63,895 nucleotides of DNA from Hydrurus foetidus (lineage: Eukaryota): assembly GCA_900617105.1 (NCBI GenBank), contig UYFQ01000254.1, positions 1-63,895 on the forward strand, read 5' to 3'. Below are positions 48,979 through 62,085 of this stretch, piece after piece; position 1 is the first letter of the stretch, and each line of letters begins with the position of its first letter. The notes under the pieces were generated by a model that was not told the origin of the DNA, searched no databases, and saw only the letters and a program-made list of their open reading frames with translations. The position numbers and the translations under genes are program-made.

Positions 48979-51900
48979 ATGAGTCAAAAAGGGTCCAAAG
49001 GTGGTGCGCCACCGAGGAAAGATGAGGGTGCAAATGGATCCCTTGAAAAGAGGATCATACCCGCAGGATTGGTTGAGATCAGCCATGATTGCCACAAGCA
49101 GTGGGATTCAATCATAGCTAAGCTGAAGGCGTACTGCAGGGACAACTATCAGGATCTAAAGTCAATCTGTCAGGATCCGATGAAAGTGACTGTTGCACCG
49201 GCTTACCGGAAGCACCTACCACCTATGGCCACTGAGGCAGAGCTGGAGGCGATCGTGGAAGCGAACGATCCATCAGGAAACAAAAACAAGATCTTCATGG
49301 GACTCCTCAGCGGGAGGAACAATCAATACCTCAAGTTGATGACCCAACAGAGGATCGACAAGGAGAACTGCTACACAGTCATTCGAGACATGTGCTCAGC
49401 ACAGCTCAACTCGCTACTCTCCGTCGACGCCGCTTTCATAGCCTGCGAAGAAGATGACCCACTCGAATTACTCAACATAATTAAGCGCCTTGTCACGGCA
49501 CGGCCAGATGGAAATGAAGAACTCGACCGTCAGAAAGCCCTCAGCGAGTGGTTTGGACTGAAAATGGAACATGGGGAGGTGATTCTGAATTATGGCCGGC
49601 GTGCTATCAAAACATTCGAAAGACTCACCACAACTGGAATACCAGTTGAAGAACAGCCAAAGCCAAAGCAGCAATCAATGCGCTTCATTGATGGGCTCGA
49701 TGGATCAGTTCCGGCATACCACGGTTACAAGATGTACCTGATCAATGCCAAACAGCAAACGGATCGAGACATATACCCTGCGACCCTCGTCGACGCAATC
49801 CTGCGAGCAACGAGATTTGAGACATCATTCATTGAGAATATCAATGCAACCCTCCCTCCGACAACGCCACATTCAGCATTCGGAGCTCAGCAGCAGACTG
49901 AAGATCGAGGAAAAAGGGTGGCAAGCAGTTGGGGAAGGGCAAGGGTCACAAAGACAAACCTTCCAGCAAAGACACCAAGGCCGAATCTGACAAAGACAAG
50001 CCAAAAACAAAGTTCGAAGGCGAGTGTTTCAACTGTGGCAAGTTTGGCCACCGAAAATCTGAGTGCCGGAGCAAGGCGAAAGACGAGCCGAAAAAGGTGC
50101 GATTTGAGAAAAATCCAGAGCCGGCAAACAAGGCGAGCAGTCACTCCTCATATTACACATCATTTGGCAACATGCATGATGAAGAGGATGAAGAAATGGA
50201 AGATGATGATCGAAGATGCAATGTCGCGTTGAAAGGATCTCCACCCGACGACGGTGACGGAATCAGTCTACAGGCCACCCGAACTTCAATCCAACCATCA
50301 TCGACCGAAGCGATTTTCGACACCGGTGCCACCGGCACAATCATCACAAGCGCTGATGTTCTCTCAGAGATTTGGACGTGTCGGCCAACTGTGTTTAAGG
50401 GCTTGCATGGATCCTTGACAGTGACAAAAGTCGGCAGACTTGGTGATATCGGCATCGTTCACTTCGATGATCGGGCGGCGCTCTCCATCATTTCAGCTTC
50501 GGATATCCTTTTGCAAGGACACAACTGGGAGTTCCAACGTGGAGGACATGTTGATCAAGATGCTTTCCTGGTGCACACAGCAAAACAAACCTATCGCTTT
50601 CAACATCGAGGTGGACTCTATGTTTGCGATCTTGCATCACGACCAGAGCCTCGACATGAGAGCTCCAACAAGTCGAGATTAGAGTCAGCCAACCCCGCCA
50701 TCGCTCTCAATAAGGCAGGAGGACCTTTTTTCTCAGCTCCTTTGCCAACAACAACGGCAAATGAGGCAGCGTACTCCAAGCGCGAGGTTGCTCGAAGCTT
50801 CGATGCCCGACGGCTACAAGCAAGCCTTGGATTCCCACCCGACGCCAAGATGATCTCTGCTTTGAACGCCGGAGCATTCCTCAACTGCGACATCCTTCCT
50901 GAAGATGTTAATCGAGCAACTGCGATCTGGGGTGCCAACATCGCTGCTCTGAAAGGGCGAACAGTTCGAGCCCGACCATTTCCAGCATTGCAAAGTCACC
51001 GTGATTTTAAAAGTCACCGTGATTTTAAAAGTCACCGTGATTCTGATGAGCAACACATGCATTGTGATGTCATGTTTGTCAATAAGCAACCATTCCTGGT
51101 TTCCATCACACATCCTCTTGGCATTGTCCTCGTTGCTTGCGTGGAGAATCTCACAGCGCCAATCCTGAGACAAAGCATCAGGAGGATGTTCGGCACCATC
51201 GGATCCCGCAGTATCAAGATCACCCGCTTCACCAGCGACAATGAACGAGGGATCGCGGCGCTTGCAGGAGACATGAATGCAATGGGTGTGGCCGTCTCTC
51301 TCGTCGGACCAGGTCAGCATGATCACATCGTGGAGCGGATGATCCGCCACCTGAAGGAGACCATTCGGGCCACCATACACAGCCTACCCTACCTAGTCGC
51401 TGACGCGATGATGAATCACTTGGTGCTGAGCTGCTCCAAGAAACTACTGTTGTTCCCTTCGTCCACACGAACGGACAAAATATCTCCCTTTGAGGCCTTC
51501 TTCGGGAGAAAGGCTGATACAAAGATGGACATCGGTCCACCTTTCGGCACCTACTGTCAGGTCACCAACCGCACCATGTCGAATGGCATGGACCAGCGCA
51601 CGATTGGATGCCTTTACCTGGAGCCGAAGATGAATGGCACAGGAACACATGCATTCCTTCGGTTGGACAATCGGGCGACCATCAATGCGAACCACTATGT
51701 GGTACTGCCGATCCCACCCATCGTTATCACTACCGTGAATGGGTGGGCGGCAAAGAACAAGCTGCATACCTCGATCGACCCGATCTTCACATTCCACGAC
51801 CGAGACATCACAAATGATGTCGACAATGATGCCGTCGGAAACATTACTCGTGCAGCACCACCGACAGCGGCACCAATCGGAGACCGCGGACCCATTCAGG

Positions 51901-53891
51901 ACCCATTTCCGCCGTCAATTCCCACCGCACCAATCGGTTTTGAATCCCCACCGACACAATCGCCAATGGAGATTCGGGGTGAGACTGATACGGTTCCAGA
52001 CACAGAAAACCTACATGAAACTTCTGGCGAAATATCGGAACCAACGGAGCCCGTTGAAGAGATTCCGGAGGAGAACGCTTTTGATAGTGCACCGGTGAAC
52101 GTACGTAAGTACACACCTCGACCCATAGAACCAAGGGAAAAGTCATCCAGACTGAAGAAACCAATCGACCGACTTAACTTAACAGCGGAAGAAGTATCAA
52201 CTCAAGCACAAGAAATCGACAATCCGCATGTTTGGTCGATGATGTCAGTTACTCGGGGACTGAAGCTCTTCCCGGAAAAGACTGCATTCGCCATCGAGTC
52301 AGAGGTCAAATCGCTCCTCGCAAAGGACACATTCTCAGGGGTGCACATGTCACAACTGACACAACCACAGCGAAACAAGATCCTGCGTTCGATCATGAAC
52401 GTCACGGAGAAGTTCCTACCCACACTAAACTCGGAGGGTAACCGAGAGATCGACAAGGTCAAGGCCAGGTTCTGTGTCGATGGGCGCGCGCAAGTGCGAA
52501 CCGACTACAAGCCCGATGAGATCGAATCACCCACTGCTTCCATGGCCGCAATATTCACCGTAGCGCAACTGGCGGCAGCGGAGAAACGGTTTGTTATGGT
52601 GGGTGATGTGGGGTCCGCGTACCTCAACGCGAAAATGCCGCTGGATAAACCGGATAAAATCCTGCACATGATGATAACTAAAGATGTGGCGGATGAAATC
52701 GTACGACAAGACAAGTCATTTGCTGCGTACCGAATGCACAATGGAAGCATTCTGGTACGTCTGAACAAGGCACTATATGGCTGTATCGAGTCTGCCAAAC
52801 TGTGGTATGAGGAAATAGCCGGAACCCTACGGTCCAACGGTTTCACGGCCAACCCGCGCGACCTTTGCGTCTTTAACAAGAGCATCAAAGGAAAGCAATT
52901 CACGATTGTTGTCTACGTCGACGACTTAAAGATGACGTGTGTTGACAAGGACGCTGTCCTCGCCATGGAACAGATCCTGCTAAAAGTTTACGGCCAATTC
53001 AGGACAACACAGGGGCCTATCGTATCGTACCTAGGCCTGACCTGGGACTACAGTGAAACAGGATACGTGAAAGTTTCACAAGCAGGGATGATCCAAGACA
53101 TTGTTGCTGCAAGAGAGAAGACTCACAAAGACCGCGGAACCAAACCCGCTGGAATTCCGCACTCACCAGGTGCTCCTCACCTGTTTGATCGAACCCCTGA
53201 CAGTGAGCTGTTGAGTGCCAAGGATGCAGAAATATATCACACCGACACCGCAACCATTGCATGGACATGCTCGCGTGCACATCCGAGCCTCACAACAGTG
53301 GTGGGCGAACTCTCAAAACGAGTGAAAGCACCATCCTACGAGGATGACAAGAAGCTCGACAGGGTCATCAGCTATGCGAAGTACGTACGTGACGTACCCC
53401 TACGACTCAAAGCTGACCTCCCACCAAGAGTCACGGTATCAATTGATGCTGCATTTGCGAATCGCGACAACATGAAATCAACCTCAGGAATGTGCGTCAC
53501 ATTAGGGGTGGGATTTTTCATCACGAGTTCCAAGGTCCAGAAGCTGAATTCCAAGTCGAGCACGGAGGCTGAGATCATCGCGGTGTCCGACGGGATGAAC
53601 ATCCCATTATGGCTCGCAGACTTCATCCGCCTTCAAGGATACGATCCACAACCAGTGCGATTGGAGCAGGATAACCAATCCTGTATCACACTACTCACGA
53701 AAGGTCGGTCTACCGCAGAGACCACCAGGTTCATCGAGATCCGGAAATTCTGGATCTCGGACTATATCAAGAACGGTGCAGTGGACATTGTCTATGTTCC
53801 CACGGCGGAAATGACTTCCGACTACTTTACAAAACCGTTGCAAGGTGCGATTTTCGACAAAATGTTCAAGAAAATAATGGGACAAAAGTAA
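48979..53891 (+). CDS. Copia gag-pol polyprotein with a single frame break near 49912
   Basis: CFNCGKFGHRKSEC knuckle, FDTGA protease, HCD/TSDNE/VER integrase, KARFCVDG/YVDD RT, IDA/SSTEAE/SDYFTKPL RNase H. Confidence 0.94.
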
Positions 53892-54070
53892 CATCTCTTT
53901 ATCTCACACTCAAAAAGTCACCGTGATTTTTGACTATATGGTTATGATGATAACTACGCAGAAACCTATATTAGTTATGATAATTACCACGTTTTAACAC
54001 CATGTGATGATAAATAATTTGCATGATACCTAAACAACCATGTGACTGAATGTCGATGACATTAGGGGTG

Positions 54071-54473
54071 TGTTGGGATATGCGTAGACTAGGAATCCCT
54101 TTGGGGATAATATCATGAACGATATCCAGTCCGGATAGTTGTAGCTTAGGCATACGTTTTATGATTCCTTGTAGACCGGTTGATACTATACACCAACCCG
54201 CGGTCACATCAGGAATGAAATGTTGGAGTGATGAATCACACCAAGTAGCATACTAGCAGTTAGTATACAGCTGATGAAGTGGATGTTTTGACATGCTAAC
54301 CACTTCTTATTAAAAGAGACTATATGACATCACGTCATTATACCTACACTAGTTGACTTTTCTGCTGCTCTGGCTAGGCTTGCATTTCACAAGGTGTATT
54401 CTCAACGAATCACTAGCAACCTACCAGTTCAGTACCGGGATCAGTTATCCCTAAAGGAACGGTTTTACCAAGA
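54071..54473 (+). repeat. Copia 3' LTR
   Basis: Direct repeat of 48549-48951; followed by TSD CTCTC. Confidence 0.97.
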
Positions 54474-54940
54474 CTCTCAGACCTCAGAGACAAAATAAGG
54501 ATGAGGGATGGCATCCGCTCGATTCAGCAACAGTTGAAATCCACCATTCAATATTTTTTGTTATTGAGACTACGGGGATTCAAGAAGAAACGCGTACGGC
54601 TTCGCACCGTACCTCTCAAGAGGACTATTGTCGGTTCGGCTGGTTAGGAACAGCCGAGAGAATTATGTGGGGGAAAGAACCGACGAAATGCAAGGTAAAT
54701 CCGATGAGCGGTGCACTGAAACTACTTCCACTTAGACGATGGGCTTCAACATACGCTTCAGATTTAATATACTCTTCAACTTTTCCCTTGTCGACGATCG
54801 GTTTCTAGAGGAAAAGTCTAAAGGCGAATGATTGCGATGTCTTACGAGAGATAGTTCTTGCCTTTTATCTATTTTTCCAATTCCTGTCTATTTATATTTC
54901 TTTTGACGACAATTGCCTGATAATTCCCAACCCCTGCTTA

Positions 54941-55396
54941 GATTTGCACGAAGGCTGTCTATGTCATGGATCCTCAGATTAATCTCGACGGATCGATTTT
55001 CCACAAGCACTGCGCAAAATGCAAAGATTGCAACTGCCAGATTAACTTATCCAATTTCAACAAGAGTGAAACACCCGATCTCACTTTCCTATTGTGCAAG
55101 ACCCATTATTTTCAAAGATTCAATGAGGTAAGGGGTGCAAAAAAAAGTTCGCTGTACTGGACATGAACCAACCGCGATTTCATTGTATGACCCTTTTTTT
55201 TAATTTCATGAAGGGTGGAGGTTGCTATTTAGGCGATGAGAAATATAAGAGCAAACAGAGCAACCGCACGAATACTTTTAAGAATATAAACCAAATTAGT
55301 CCCATCGTAAACTCGACACATTCAGCACCAAATAAGGTTATTGCATACGACCTCACGAGTCCCCAACGTATTCGCGTTGAAATCACTCCAGCCTAG
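54941..55396 (+). CDS. LIM-domain protein (first exon not resolved)
   Basis: ICTKAVYVMD...FHKHCAKCKDCNCQINL...LLCKTHY LIM pattern; probable intron 55128-55213. Confidence 0.65.
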
Positions 55397-55410
55397 AATT
55401 CGACATTTAA

Positions 55411-55483
55411 GGCCGATGATATCAATTGAGTCGCCGATAGTAACTGTACAGAGCTGACAGTCAAGGTATTACTGTCATCGGCC
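55411..55483. mobile_element. 73-bp Tourist-like mini-MITE
   Basis: TIR GGCCGATGA/TCATCGGCC with TAA on both flanks. Confidence 0.6.
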
Positions 55484-56880
55484 TAAATTCTGGTAACGTC
55501 TTGTGCCCACAGTGAGATGCACATCGAGTGCTGACAATATAGATATATTGTATATTACAAATGAAATCTCATGCATATAGACATTTGCCATCTTTTATCA
55601 TACTGAATTGAAATGTTTACATAATTGAGCCCGGCCACTTCCCACGCTGCTATATTTTTCTGGAGAGATATTCATGATCCGTGATAGTGCTTCTTGTCAT
55701 CAGTCATACACTGTGATAGTGTTGCATATTACGTAGCTATCATATTTATCTGTTCCTCAAAGTGTAAAGTTCACTCGGTCACACTTCCAGTCCACTTTCA
55801 GTTTTAAAAGCATTTTATGTTGCATGTCAACCCTCAACAACACCTTACATGTCAACATCCATCAGTTTTATGTCAACCTCATTTCTTTTTTTCCTTTTGA
55901 TGTGTTAAGAACTTATCATTGGTACGTGGCATCTTGCTTTACAAACTTTCATGTTTGTCGCAGTACGAAACAAATCTCTTCAGGGCAACCTGGAGAACCT
56001 GTCCGGTCTATTGCAGCTTACATTCTGTCGCTATGCTTTGGTCAAACATGTATGGAGGCGACTCAGATGAGAAATCCACGGCGCCGTCGTTGCAGTGGTG
56101 TGTGCACCGTCCGGTGCCCTATTATTTGTATTTTCTATTTCCGGAAAATCGTCATTTTTGGCCATCCAGTGCGTAATACTGATGCCGCTCTAGAGAGCTC
56201 TCGAGACTTCAGCTACTGAGGAAGTGCTACGCAGCGAAGTGTATGACAGTCTGCGAAATATTTCTAGTTTTTTCCTTATACTTCATTCAGGAGGGATTTT
56301 TTTACATCTCGGTACCGGTTGATCGAATTATTTCAAAATGCGGGAACGTTAGAAAATATCGAAATGAGCAATACACTCAAAATAGTGTGCTGAATCCGAA
56401 TCCATGATCAGATTTTGATGAAACACTGACGTTGTGGAGATAAATTTTTGGGAAAAACTTCGTTTTATTTGTTTTCGTCGTTCTGAGCGTAAAAAGTGAA
56501 TCGTGATACCACAGAAAATACAAATAGTAGGTTGGCGGACGGTACTTGAGAGCGACAAGCTCTGTTTTAATCTTTAATGGATGCGGTTGAGGACCCGAGA
56601 CATGTCGTAGAGGAAGTGCTGCGGATACAAAATAGACAATTCCAGAGACGCATTTCCTTCTTGCAGACTTCCGCAGAGCAAATTGAGGAGTAAAGGAGAA
56701 CGTTCTGTGGGATTTCGACTTATTTATTTACAATTCTAATTTAGCGTAGTGAGTATACCTTCCTCCAGCGTATTTCTGGCAGTCTACAGCGGCAGCAATA
56801 GATATCTACTCACTACGTAAAGGAGTCATGCAATGCAATCATTAGTCTAGTCCACTAATATGGGCGGATTACGAATCGTT

Positions 56881-57936
56881 CTAGATGGAGCCGTTGACGT
56901 GGTAGACACGGATGGCGTTGTCAGTGTAGCCTGCGAATAGATCGGATCCGTCAGCAGACCACGCGAGGGACGTGCAGAATGGCATCTGTGCGTTCTTGCC
57001 AACTGGTGCGAAGTCAATGCGTAGCTCGTCAACCATGCCTTTACTCTCCAGATCCCAGATCTTGATGGAGCTGGTGGTTGCGGCCACGAGCCAGTATCTG
57101 TTGGGTGAGAAGACAAGGGAGTGAATGATGTCACCAGCCTCAAGGGAGTAGAGTCTCTTGCCCTCCGTGAGGTCCCAGAGCATGGCGATACCGTCCTTGC
57201 CGCCTGAAGCGCACAGGGAACCATCAGGTGATACGGTGACACTGTTGAGGTATCCACTGTGACCTTCAAGGTTGTTTCTGAGTTTGCAGTTCGTCAGAGA
57301 CCAGACCTTCACGACTTTGTCCCAGCCAGCGGAGACGATGACAGGCGCAGCAACAGAGGGAGAGAATCTCACGCAAGAGACCCACTCGGTGTGTCCCTCC
57401 TCAGAGATGGTGTACTTGCACTCTCCAAGAGTGTTCCAGATTTTCACGGTGCGATCACGACTGCCAGAAACGATTTGTCTGTTGTCGGCGGAAAAGGCTA
57501 CTGACAGAACGTCCTTGGTGTGACCAACGAATCTGCGAGTGCATTTTCCGGTCTCGATCTCCCAAAGACGGAGGGTTGCATCCCATGAGCCCGAAAGAGC
57601 GAACTGACCGTCGGATGAGATGACTACATCGGATACGAAGTGGTTATGGCCTCTAAGCGCACGACGGGCGTAGCCGTAGTTTCCCTCCTCGCGGGGTAGC
57701 GTCCAGACGATAATAGTCTACCATAGAAAGTGTCAGGCAATGTAACATTAGGATGATGGGTGCTGTTCAGTTATTTTCTTCATTGCATCTTCGGAATTGT
57801 TTTCGTTAAGAGTTTATTGCACCTTGTCACGAGATGCCGTGAGAATCATGTTGGGGTTCTCAGCGGTTGTGGCAATTGATGTAATCCATCCACCATGACC
57901 CAAAAGGGTTCCGCGAAGTGTTAGTTGTTCTCCCAT
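56881..57936 (-). CDS. RACK1: Receptor for activated C kinase 1 (WD40), intron 57718-57822
   Basis: [83 protein letters not shown]. Confidence 0.97.
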
Positions 57937-59088
57937 TTTCAATAATTACACTGCATTTGAAGATAATGATTTAATTAGAATCAATGTCATCTTGGGCAAA
58001 AAGGCGTTATAGAAAACAAACGAATATCAGCATGATTCCGCGAGGAGGTGATTTGGAGCAGCGTAGGGTTTTCTGCTTGCCTTTGGTTGATGCCGCTGTA
58101 TAATGAATATGAGAAGACGGAGGGGAAAGCATCACAATATCACAAGCTGAGGGAAGCCTAAAAAGCCCAAAGCCACCCATTTTATTTCGAGGAGTCTAGT
58201 TTACGGTTTATTCCGGTAGAAAACGTCATTTTTGCTTTCTGCTACCTAGGTTTTTAGTAGATTTTAGATTTTAGCACGTATATTTCAATTACTGAGTGCA
58301 TCTTGGTTTGATCTCTCTTCGCAAGTCCAAAATGTTCAATCGCTTTTTTCCTTTTTCTCTTGAGCCTTGATATGAGCAATATCATGCGTGGGAGAAGTTT
58401 TTCCCGACGCAATTCTTTATTTTCAATACTTTTTTGATCAATCTCTTTTCTTCAATTGTAATCCTCCTTCTAGAAGACTACATTTGATTTCTCTTCGACG
58501 ACGACCGTGTGACTGACACGATGGGCCATCAGATTCCTTAATCTATTTTAAAAGATTGAAACAAGTTTTGCATAAATCCGTCGTTTTTATCCTATTGCTT
58601 TACCCAATAAAATCAAATACAAAAAATTTCGCTTTTTTAAAATTTTTGATAGTCAGCTACCTGGCTATCCCAAAAACTCACTTCACTGAAGGTGTCATGG
58701 CAAATAGCTAGATTATCAGATGTGCTAGATTATCAGATGTAATCAAAAATAGTAGCACTCTGTTACTATACAGGAACATGCTCGATACTATCCAACATTG
58801 GGCTATACAGGAATATCGGTGTCGAGAATTTTAAGTCCTGCCTCGGGTCTGCTGCATGCCGTAATAACTGCATAGTCTAGTTAGTTATCAGTTATCATGA
58901 CGCCATCTCTAAAGGGATCTTGGCTCTGCTATATCCGACAGCTATCTATCGTACAGTTGATGGTTGATGGTTGGTGATGCCTCTGATAAATCTGATATGG
59001 AAGCGTGGACAGGTAACAGTAACAGACGATTGTAAACTGACTCAAGGAAGACAAGACTCTGGAAGACTGCATATCCCAACCGTGAACC

Positions 59089-59760
59089 ATGATATCCTTG
59101 AAATGCCTTCTCGCATTTTTCTTGAACATAGTTCTTATCCTGAAAATAAACGGATACAGAAGTGTCAGATTATCACCATATAGAACTAGCTTCTGCAATG
59201 GAAAGTTCAATGAAGCGCATCAACTGAGTTGTTCGGATTCATCTGATCAGACAGCCGAAGGCGACGACGATAGTGCAGATTTCCAGATTTGGACCAATCC
59301 TTCGTATCCAGAGGAGCAGGTCAATAAATGGTACCTCGGAATTGATAGGGCACTTATAACAGTTGGCTCCAAAGGAGTTACGAATGGTCAAATAAATTCA
59401 GTCGCCGATCTTTTGCAGCAACATGTTCATATTAGAGTGAAAGTAGCGAGCGATAAATTGGACTCACACCTGTTGTCGAAAGAGATGGCTGATAGCGAAG
59501 TACTTGTCGGAAAAGCAGAACTGCTTCAAATTCGCAAGAGAGGCTTTATGTTTGGCACAACAGAAAAAACAGCAGCGAAAAATACAGCAATTAGAAATGC
59601 GAAGCTCCTCGCAATAGAATCGAAGGACGTCTCAAAAATCCAATGCTTTAATTGTGATCAATTGGGGCATTATAGCAGCGACTGTCCTGAACCGAAGCAG
59701 AAGGAGAGTAAAGCCAGTGAAAAAGCCACGTCCAAGTTCAATTCAAAGATAAAGAGATAA
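59089..59760 (+). CDS. CRM (CRS1/YhbY) RNA-binding protein with N-terminal signal peptide and C-terminal CCHC knuckle
   Basis: LITVGSKGVT...L.QH..IRVKV matches the YhbY pattern; CFNCDQLGHYSSDC; hydrophobic N-terminus. Confidence 0.72.
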   Translation: MISLKCLLAFFLNIVLILKINGYRSVRLSPYRTSFCNGKFNEAHQLSCSDSSDQTAEGDDDSADFQIWTNPSYPEEQVNKWYLGIDRALITVGSKGVTNGQINSVADLLQQHVHIRVKVASDKLDSHLLSKEMADSEVLVGKAELLQIRKRGFMFGTTEKTAAKNTAIRNAKLLAIESKDVSKIQCFNCDQLGHYSSDCPEPKQKESKASEKATSKFNSKIKR

Positions 59761-60038
59761 TCCATCTCCTGTCTTTGTCATTCCCGTTATGTAAATAGTA
59801 TCACTTATGCAAATGTTGTAATTTTAAATGGCATATTTTCAGATTCACCAATTGTATCACATACTCTTTGAATTAACGTCTTTCCAAGATGTGCACTAGA
59901 AGCGAGACATCTTTCCCAAAAGCAAAATCGACCGCCAGTAATCGTCCAATAAAAATAACTTTAAATGCGTAATCTATGCCGAAATAAAATCACTGAAAAA
60001 AAGAGAGAAATCCTCAGTTAGGATGTGCCTTTCTATCC

Positions 60039-62085
60039 CTAACGACCACGTCTAATAGATAAAGCGTATATGAGCCCAATGAATGCAACCGTTGTGACCA
60101 CCGATGAAAGTGCCACATTGAAAGAGGAGGAATCTGATACTGGTGCTGGCACAGAGGAACCAACCGATTCAGTTTTCTTCTTCAAGGAGTTAATTTTTGA
60201 TCTGACGAATTTTTCGATCTCAGCGAGTGAGTTAGGTAGGTGAGAGTAGCGAGTGGGCATCACGAATAGATCATTGAGTATCTTTGGTCGGGGTGGCGTG
60301 ACACGGCCCTCCACTAGTGCCAACTCCACCGCTTCTTCGAACTTGGCGGGGTGTGCGGTGGCGAGAATGACGGTGCGAGAGGACGGGAGACCCAGCTCGC
60401 GTACTGCTACAACAGCTGTAGCTGTGTGGGGACACACAAGGTAATGTTCTACATCGAACATATTTCTCATTGCCACAATGATGTCCTCCTTGCTGGATGA
60501 GTATGAGGCCAGTTCGCTTCTCGCAGTCATGAGCAGCTCTACAGGAACCTTGATTTCCCCTGTTCCTTCGAATGAATCCATCCATGACTTAAGTGTGTCT
60601 GAAGAACTGCCCGCCAAGTAGAACAGATATCGCTCAAAGTTGGATGAGACGGAGATGTCCATGGATGGAGCGATGGTCAGTGTTGCTGCTTTCTTGTGAT
60701 ACACACCAGTCTCCAGAAATCTAAATGATTAGAAGATTACTATCAGATGCGAAAATACTCATGGGAGATCTAAATTTTTCGACGGACGTACCTGTGTAAG
60801 ACATCGTTCTCATTCGCACATACTACCAGGCGGTCTACCTGTAGGCCCATAAGCTTCGCATAGTACCCGGCCAAGATGTCACCGAAATTACCCGTAGGCA
60901 CAGCGTAGTTTATTTTTGTAGGGGTTTTGCCTGAAGCTACTGTGCCATCTGTGACTCTTAGCCAGGAGTAGAAGTAGTACGTTATCTGAGCAAGAATGCG
61001 ACCCCAATTGATAGAATTTATTGCCCCTAATTTCACTTCCTCTCTGAACTTCATGTCAGCGAAGGCATCTTTCACGATTAACTGGGCATCATCGAAATCG
61101 CCCTGTGAATAGAGTGGCAGGGATGTTTTGAGTGTATGTCGGTATGAGTATCGGTTATGAGGAAGAAATGATAAGGAGCTTCAAGCATGCATCACAGAAC
61201 TTACATCGATGCTGATGCAGTGGACGTTATCATCGAGGATAGACGTCATTTGCCTCTCCTGGATGTCAGTAACTTTGCCTTTCGGGTACATGATAAAGCA
61301 ATTCACATTCTTCTTCCCTCTTAAACCGTGAAGAGCTGCACTGCCGGTGTCGCCAGACGTTGCGCCAAGAATAGTAATATGGCTTTGAATCGTTCCTTTC
61401 TCAAGGAAATACTCAAAGGTGTTCCCTAACCATTTTAAAATGTAGCGAGGACGATTTTCAAAAACAAGCTAATAGAGATCAAAAATGTTTATCGCATTAT
61501 CATTCGTCTGCATGAGAATTTGTTGTGGTTATGGTGACGACAGCTAGTTCTCTTTTACCAAGGAATTGAAGAGCCACATCTTTGAATGCGAAGGTGGGAC
61601 CGTGAAATAGCTCCAGTACCCAAAAGTCCGCGTATTTAACAACTGGCGTCACCTCTGAAAAAGCAGAATAGGTGATCAGTGTTTGATAGTCTGCTTCATT
61701 TTCATTTTGAGATTGAGAGTAGTACCTGGGGTGCGGAAGGTAGAGAAACTCCTCTGCAGAATATCCTTCAGCTTATCAGTAGGGATATCCTCTGGATGAA
61801 CAAATTTCGAAATGACCTCATACGACAATTCAATGTATGTCATCGTACGCATCTGTGAATGAATTGAACGAAAGCAGTAACACGATGTCTAAGTACGACG
61901 GTTCTCAAAACGATTCCTCAAATTTTCATTAAACTTTCAACGACCTTCTCGATTTCCTCAGTTGTGAAAACTGGAATGGATTCGGGAACAAATAGGCCCC
62001 TATCAGTTGCCAAACCTCCAAGTATGACTTCCTCAAATCGGAGTCCATTTTGCTTTCCTCTTGTTGATCGATACTTGATCGTCAT
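60039..62085 (-). CDS. THR4: Threonine synthase (fungal/bacterial THR4-ThrC type), multi-exon
   Basis: KYRSTRG, GLATDRGLFVP, ELFHGPTFAFKDVALQ, GATSGDTG, NSINWGRILAQ, VPTGNFGD, PSMDI..SSNFER, CPHTA, ATAHPAKF. Confidence 0.95.

Larger units (their letters stand above)
48549..54473 (+). mobile_element. Full-length, very recent Ty1/Copia LTR retrotransposon
   Basis: 403-bp LTRs 48549-48951 and 54071-54473 (no difference seen), 5-bp TSD CTCTC, gag-PR-IN-RT-RH order, TTAGGGGTG before the 3' LTR. Confidence 0.97.

Noticed and set aside
54469..54470. Canonical CA end for the Copia LTR at ...TTACCA
   Set aside because: AGA follows in both LTR copies and the TSD only matches after it
45214..54473. 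One composite Gypsy element carrying Harbinger and Copia as cargo
   Set aside because: No second Gypsy LTR downstream; the Harbinger has its own TIRs and the Copia its own TSD, so these are serial insertions
57718..57822. Possible box C/D snoRNA in the RACK1 intron (ATGAAGA...CTGA on the minus strand)
   Set aside because: Box C is imperfect, the spacing is short and I could not identify a convincing rRNA complement
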